64,000 nucleotides of DNA from an uncultured Chloroflexia bacterium (GTDB lineage Bacteria; Chloroflexota; Limnocylindria; QHBO01), in contig CAWFCQ010000003.1 of the NCBI GenBank assembly GCA_963814375.1, forward strand, positions 191,557-255,556. The letters are read 5' to 3'. Positions 58,941-64,000 of this stretch are shown here, piece after piece (positions within the stretch are counted from its first letter, which is position 1; every line of letters starts with the position of its first letter). A program made the translations under genes and the position numbers. Below the pieces are notes generated by a model, which ran no database searches, was not told the origin of the DNA, and saw only the letters and a list, made by a program, of their open reading frames with translations.

Positions 58941-59429
58941 ATGGGGGAGATAATTGAACAGACCAGCCTCGGCTTCCTGCTGCTCGACGCGGCCCGCGTG
59001 CTCCGGCGTCGGTTCGAGCGCGAGAGCCGCGACATTCCGATGACCACGGCGCAGCTCCAGATCGTGGTCCGGCTGAAGCATCACGACGGCATGACGCAGA
59101 CCGAGCTCGCGTCGCTGCTCGACATCGAGCCGATGACGCTCAGCCGCCACGTCGACCGGATGGAGACCGCCGGGCTCGTCGAGCGCCGGGCCTGCCCGAG
59201 CGACCGCCGCGCCCGCCGCATCTACGTCACCGACAAGGCCCGCGCCCTGATCGAGCCGATGCGCGCCCGCGCCGTCGCGGTCTACGAGGAGGCCCAGACC
59301 GGCCTCACCCCCGAGGAGCGCGCGGCGCTGATCGCCGGCCTCAACACCGTCATCGCCAATCTCTCCGCGGACCACGCGGAAGAGGCCGAACCCGTTCGCC
59401 GCCGCGCCCGCACAGGAGCCAGACGATGA
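58941..59429 (+). CDS. MarR-family regulator
   Basis: MTQTELASLLDIEPMTLSRHVDRME..DRRA. Confidence 0.92.
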   Translation: MGEIIEQTSLGFLLLDAARVLRRRFERESRDIPMTTAQLQIVVRLKHHDGMTQTELASLLDIEPMTLSRHVDRMETAGLVERRACPSDRRARRIYVTDKARALIEPMRARAVAVYEEAQTGLTPEERAALIAGLNTVIANLSADHAEEAEPVRRRARTGARR

Positions 59430-60505
59430 ACTCCGAGAAGAAGCCCACGCCGCGCCTCGTCACCGGCGCCGACGATACAGCCGTTGCCGACCTGCCGCCG
59501 GCTCGCAAGGGCAACCGGCGCCGGCTGCTGATCATCGCCCTGCCGCTCGCGCTCATGCTCGGCGGCAGCTATGCCTGGATGACCGGCGGCCGCTACATCG
59601 AGACCGAGGACGCCTGGACGTCCAGCAGAACCGCGTCAACGTCGTGCCGCAGGTCAGCGGCCAGATTCGCCAGCACCGCGGTCGCCGAGAACGAGACCGT
59701 CGCCGCCGGACAGACGCTCTTCACACTCGACGACGCCACCTACCGCAGCGCGGTCGAGGCGGCGAAGGCCCGCCTCGCCTCGGCCCGGCTCGAGGTCGAG
59801 CGGCTGAAGGCGGCCTACGCCCAGGCCGTCGCCGAGGCCGCCACCGCCCGCGAGTTGCTCGCCACCACCCGGACCCAGGACGACCGCCAGCAGGCCGTCG
59901 AAGTCCGGCGTGGTCAGCCAGTCCGCCGCCGACGACAGCGCGCTGAAGCTGCAGGTCGCCAAGGGCGCCGGGGTCAAGGCCGAGAGCGCGGTCGCCTCCG
60001 CCCGCGCGGCGCTCGCCGGCGATCCTGACATCGCTATCGATCAGCACCCGCAGGTGCTGCAGGCGCTCGCCAAGCTCGCCAAGGCGCGGCTCGACCTCGA
60101 GCACACCACGATCGTCGCCCCGGCCGATGGCGTTATCAGCCAGACCGACCGGCTGCAGATCGGCGAGTACGTCAACACGAACGCGCCCGTCCTGACCCTT
60201 GTCGAGACGGACAACAGCTGGATCGAGGCGAACTTCAAGGAGACCGAACTGCCACCATGCAGCCGGGCAGCCGGTGACGATCGACGTCGACACCTATCCG
60301 GCGCGAATTCGAGGGCAGGGTCGGCGTCGGGCCGGCACCGGGTCCGGAGTTCGCGCTACTGCCGGCCCAGAACGCGACCGGCAACTGGGTCAAGGTCGTC
60401 CAGCGCGTCCCGGTCCGCATCGACCTCGACGCGGCCCCGGACATGCCGCCGTTCCGTGCCGGGATGAGCGCCCAGGTCAGGTCGATACCGGCCACGGCGG
60501 CCTGA
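59426..60505 (+). CDS. EmrA/HlyD-family membrane fusion protein (frameshifted)
   Basis: ETEDA, PQVSG, IVAPADG, WIEANFKETEL, NATGNWVKVVQRVPVRI. Confidence 0.85.
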
Positions 60506-60539
60506 CGCACTTCGGGACCGCTGCGCGTCGGCGCACTGC

Positions 60540-62122
60540 CTCGGCGGCACCGCCGACGCCGCCACCGAGTGCGGGTCCGGCGCATAGCGCGACAACGGCC
60601 GCCGGGCCGTCCCCGGCGGTCTCGAACCAGTGGCTCATCACCGTCTCCATCATGCTCGCGACGGTGATGCAGGTGCTCGACACGACCATCGCCAATGTCG
60701 CGCATCCCGCACATGCAGTGGAGCCTCGGCGCGACGCCGGGACCGATCACGCTGGGTACTGACGAGCTACATCGTCGCCGGCGGCGATCGCGATGCCGAT
60801 CACCGGCTGGCTCGCCGACCGCATCGGGCGGCGCGAGGTGTTCCTCACCTCGGTGGCCGGCTTCATCGCCGCCTCGATGCTGTGCGGCCTCGCCACGAAC
60901 CTCGAGCAGATGGTGTTCTTCCGCGTCCTGCAGGGGCGTCGGCGCGGCGCTCGTGCCCGCTCAGCCAGACTGTCGCTGCTCGACATCAACCCGCGCGAGC
61001 CGCACAGGCCGCGTCATGGCACTGTGGGGCATGGGCATCATGGTCGGGCCGATCCTCGGCCCGGTGCTCGGCGGCTGGCTGACCGAGACGTTCAACTGGC
61101 GCTGGGTGTTCTATCGTCAACCTGCCGGTCGGGGCGCTGCGCCTCGGCATGCTGCTCTACCTGCCGAAGTCGCAGCGCCGCCAGCGCGGCTTCGACCTGT
61201 TCGGCTTTGCCATGCTCGCCTCGCGCGTCGGCGCGCTACAAATGATGCTCGACCGCGGCGACCAGCTCGACTGGTTCGCCTCCGCCGAGATCTGGCTCGA
61301 ACTCGGGCTCGCAGTGTCCGGCGCGTGGGTTTTCGTCGTTCACATCGCGACGGCGGGGCTCCGTTTTCGATCCACCGATGTTGCGCGACCGCAACCTCGA
61401 CGACCGCACTGGTGTCTGATCTTCATGGTGGGCGTGATCCTGCTCGCCGGCCTCGCGCTGATGCCGCCGATGCTGCAGAACATCCTCGGCTACCCGGTGA
61501 TCAGCACCGGGATGGTGCTCGCACCGCGCGGCGTCGGGACGATGATCTCGATGATCCTGGTCGGTCGACTGGTGCGGCAAGGTCGATGCGCGCGGCTCAT
61601 CTTCTTCGGCCTCTCGGTCGACCGTCTACTCGCTCTACGCAGATGACCGGCTGGTCAGCCCGCAGATGGGCAGGCGCCGATCATCGTCAGCGGCATCGTC
61701 CAGGGGCTTGGCCTCGGCTTCGTCTTCGTGCCGCTCAGCACGCTCGCCTTCGCCACTCTCGAGCCGCGCTTCCGCACCGACGCGGCGAGCCTGCTTCAGC
61801 CTGGTGCGCAATATCGGCTCGTCGGTCGGCATCTCGATCGTCACGACGTGCTGCGCGCACAATCTTGCGGTCAACCGCACCGAGCTCGTCTCGGCGCTGA
61901 CGCCGTCGAACCAGAATCTCGACGCCATCACCCGCATCGGAAGCAACCAGCTGGTGCTATCCATGCTCGACAACGAGGTGACGAAGCAGTCGCTGATGAT
62001 CGGCTACATCGACGATTTCAAGCTGATGATGCTGATCACGCTGGCGGTCATTCCGCTGGTGTTCTTCCTGAGGAAGCCGGCGCCCCGCCGCCAACGGCCA
62101 CCCGGCCGCGGCGATGGAGTAA
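60540..62122 (+). CDS. EmrB/DHA2 MFS efflux permease (frameshifted; start approximate)
   Basis: MQVLDTTIANVA, WVLTSYIVA, GPILGPVLGGWL, LQMMLDRG, RNIGSSVGIS. Confidence 0.85.
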
Positions 62123-62190
62123 ACGGCCGCACGGTCGGAACAGCGGCTCCGGGGGGTGCGCCGGCGCCCGGCCCGCGTTAAGGTCGCTCC

Positions 62191-63524
62191 ATGGCCGACC
62201 TCTTCGACCCCCGCCCGGCCGACCCCGCGCCCGCCGCGGCAGGCGCTCCGCGCCCGCTCGCCGACCGGTTGCGGCCGCAGCGGCTCGATGAGGTCGTCGG
62301 CCAGGACCACCTGCTCGGGCCGGAAGGGCCGCTTGGCGCGATGCTGGCGCGGGGCGGCCTCGGCTCGGTCATCTTCTGGGGGCCGCCCGGGGTCGGCAAG
62401 ACGACGATCGCGCGGCTGCTCGCCGACGAGACCGACATGACCTTCGTCCAGGTCAGCGCGATCTTCACCGGCGTCGCCGACCTCGGAAGGTGTTCGAGGC
62501 GCGCGCGCTCCGCCGCCAGGGGCGCGGCACGCTGCTCTTCGTCGACGAGATCCACCGCTTCAACAAGGCGCAGCAGGACGGGTTCCTGCCGCATATGGAG
62601 GACGGCACGATCCTCCTCGTCGGCGCGACGACCGAGAACCCGTCCTTCGAGCTCAACGCGGCGCTGCTCTCAGCCGCGCCCAGGTGCTGGTGCTGCGCGG
62701 CTGCGGCCGAGGATGCGCTCGAGCCGCCTCGTCGAGCGCGCCGAGGCCGACGCTGCGGGCTGAGCCTGCCGCTCACGCCGCGACGCCCGCGCGGGCGCTG
62801 ATCGAGATGGCCGACGGCGACGGCCGCGCGCGTGCTGAACCTGGTCGAGCAGATCGCCGGCTGGGGCGTCGACGGCCCGCTCGACACCGCGGCGCTCACC
62901 CAGCGCCTCACCCGGCGCGCGGCCCAGTACGACAAGTCGGGCGACGCGCACTACAACCTGATCTCGGCGCTGCACAAGTCGGTCCGCGGCTCCGACCCCG
63001 ACGCGGCGCTCTACTGGCTGGCGCGGATGCTGCACGGCGGCGAGGACCCGCGCTACCTCGCCCGCCGGATCACCCGGATGGCGATCGAGGACATCGGCCT
63101 CGCCGACCCGCCGGCGCACCGGCTCTGCCTCGACGCCTGGGCGACCTACGAGCGGCTGCGGCAGCCCGGAGGGCGAGCTCGCGCTGGCCGAGGCGGTGGT
63201 CTACCTCGCGCTGCGCCCAAGTCGAACGCGGTCTACACCGCCTTCGGCGCGGCGATGGCGGCCGCCCGCGACACCGGGTCCGAGCCGCCGCCCAAGCACA
63301 TCCTGAACGCGCCGACCCGGCTGATGAAGGCGGAGGGCTACGGCAAGGGCTACGAGTACGACCACGACGCCGAGGCGGCCTTCTCGGGCCAGGACTACTT
63401 CCCGCGACGGCATGCAGCGCGAGCGTCTACTACGCCCCGCGCGGCCGCGGCTTCGAGGCGCGAGCTGCGCGAAAGGCTTTTGTCTTTCGCCGCCGCGCGG
63501 GCTAGGAAGGGCGAGCCCGACTGA
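62191..63524 (+). CDS. rarA: Replication-associated recombination protein A (frameshifted)
   Basis: [60 protein letters not shown]. Confidence 0.93.
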
Positions 63525-63580
63525 CCGCCCCTCCGGGAGACCGTCCCATCGCCGCGACCGCCAAGCCCGAGCGCGACCTG

Positions 63581-63935
63581 GTGCAGCTCGTCTACGTCAG
63601 CTCCGCCGCGCCCGGCCTGACGCCCTACGACCTCGAGGCGATCGCCGCCTCCGCTCGCGCCCGCAACGCCGCCGCCGGGCTGACCGGCCTGCTGCTCCAC
63701 CAGGGCGGCTCGTTCTACGGCGTGCTCGAGGGGCCGAGGAGCCGGGTCTTCCAACGGATGGAGGCGATCATCATCGACCGCCGCCACGCCGGCCTCCGCA
63801 TCCTCCGCGAGGAGCGGGTCGCCGCCCGCCGCTTCGCGAACTGGGAGCTTCGGCGCCTTGCCGGTCGCCGCGCGCCCTGACGACAGGGACAGGCCCGAGG
63901 ACTTCATCCGGAGCCTCGCCAAGCGCCTCGGCTGA
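63581..63935 (+). CDS. BLUF-domain protein (3' frameshift)
   Basis: LVYVS, ARN..GLTGLL, LEG, I..DRRH, RRF..W. Confidence 0.85.
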
Positions 63936-64000
63936 TCGGACGTGGGATTTTTGTCGCTCGCGGCGCGATTTACCTACAACCTCCGTTGACACCCGCGCCG

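Overview
The window appears to join two unrelated DNAs at about 57,040. Bases 1 to about 57,040 are a high-GC core-chromosome segment, inferred to be Chloroflexota (possibly Limnocylindria/Ellin6529-like; a similarity search is needed). It carries secA (partial), an LLM oxidoreductase, prs, gyrA, gyrB, parB and parA with a DnaA box and a parS site. It continues with mreD-mrdA-rodA, rplU-rpmA-rpmE-yqhQ-prfA-prmC-tsaC, rpiB, a two-subunit aconitase X, glyA, a full F1Fo atp operon, murA, nei, mreB, an XRE regulator, nfo, hpf and comF. It ends with three tandem TadE-TadE-TadG minor-pilin cassettes. From about 57,045 the sequence looks alphaproteobacterial (Rhodobacteraceae-like): a truncated Bcr/CflA gene, an IS630 element, marR-emrA-emrB, rarA and a BLUF gene. 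Frameshifts become denser to the right, consistent with long-read indel errors. The most notable signal is a promoter architecture, GCAAGG-N6-GCAAGG-N9-TAnnnT plus a leader motif ACC(T)GCTGCCC, shared by two pilin cassettes and the XRE gene, which suggests an undescribed pilus-tip regulon. Other signals are a three-way-junction RNA leader, a 178-bp palindromic repeat family, a covarying GTGG-headed repeat, an 11-bp-period GGTAAG operator, and natural resistance-type residues in GyrA, GyrB and MurA.
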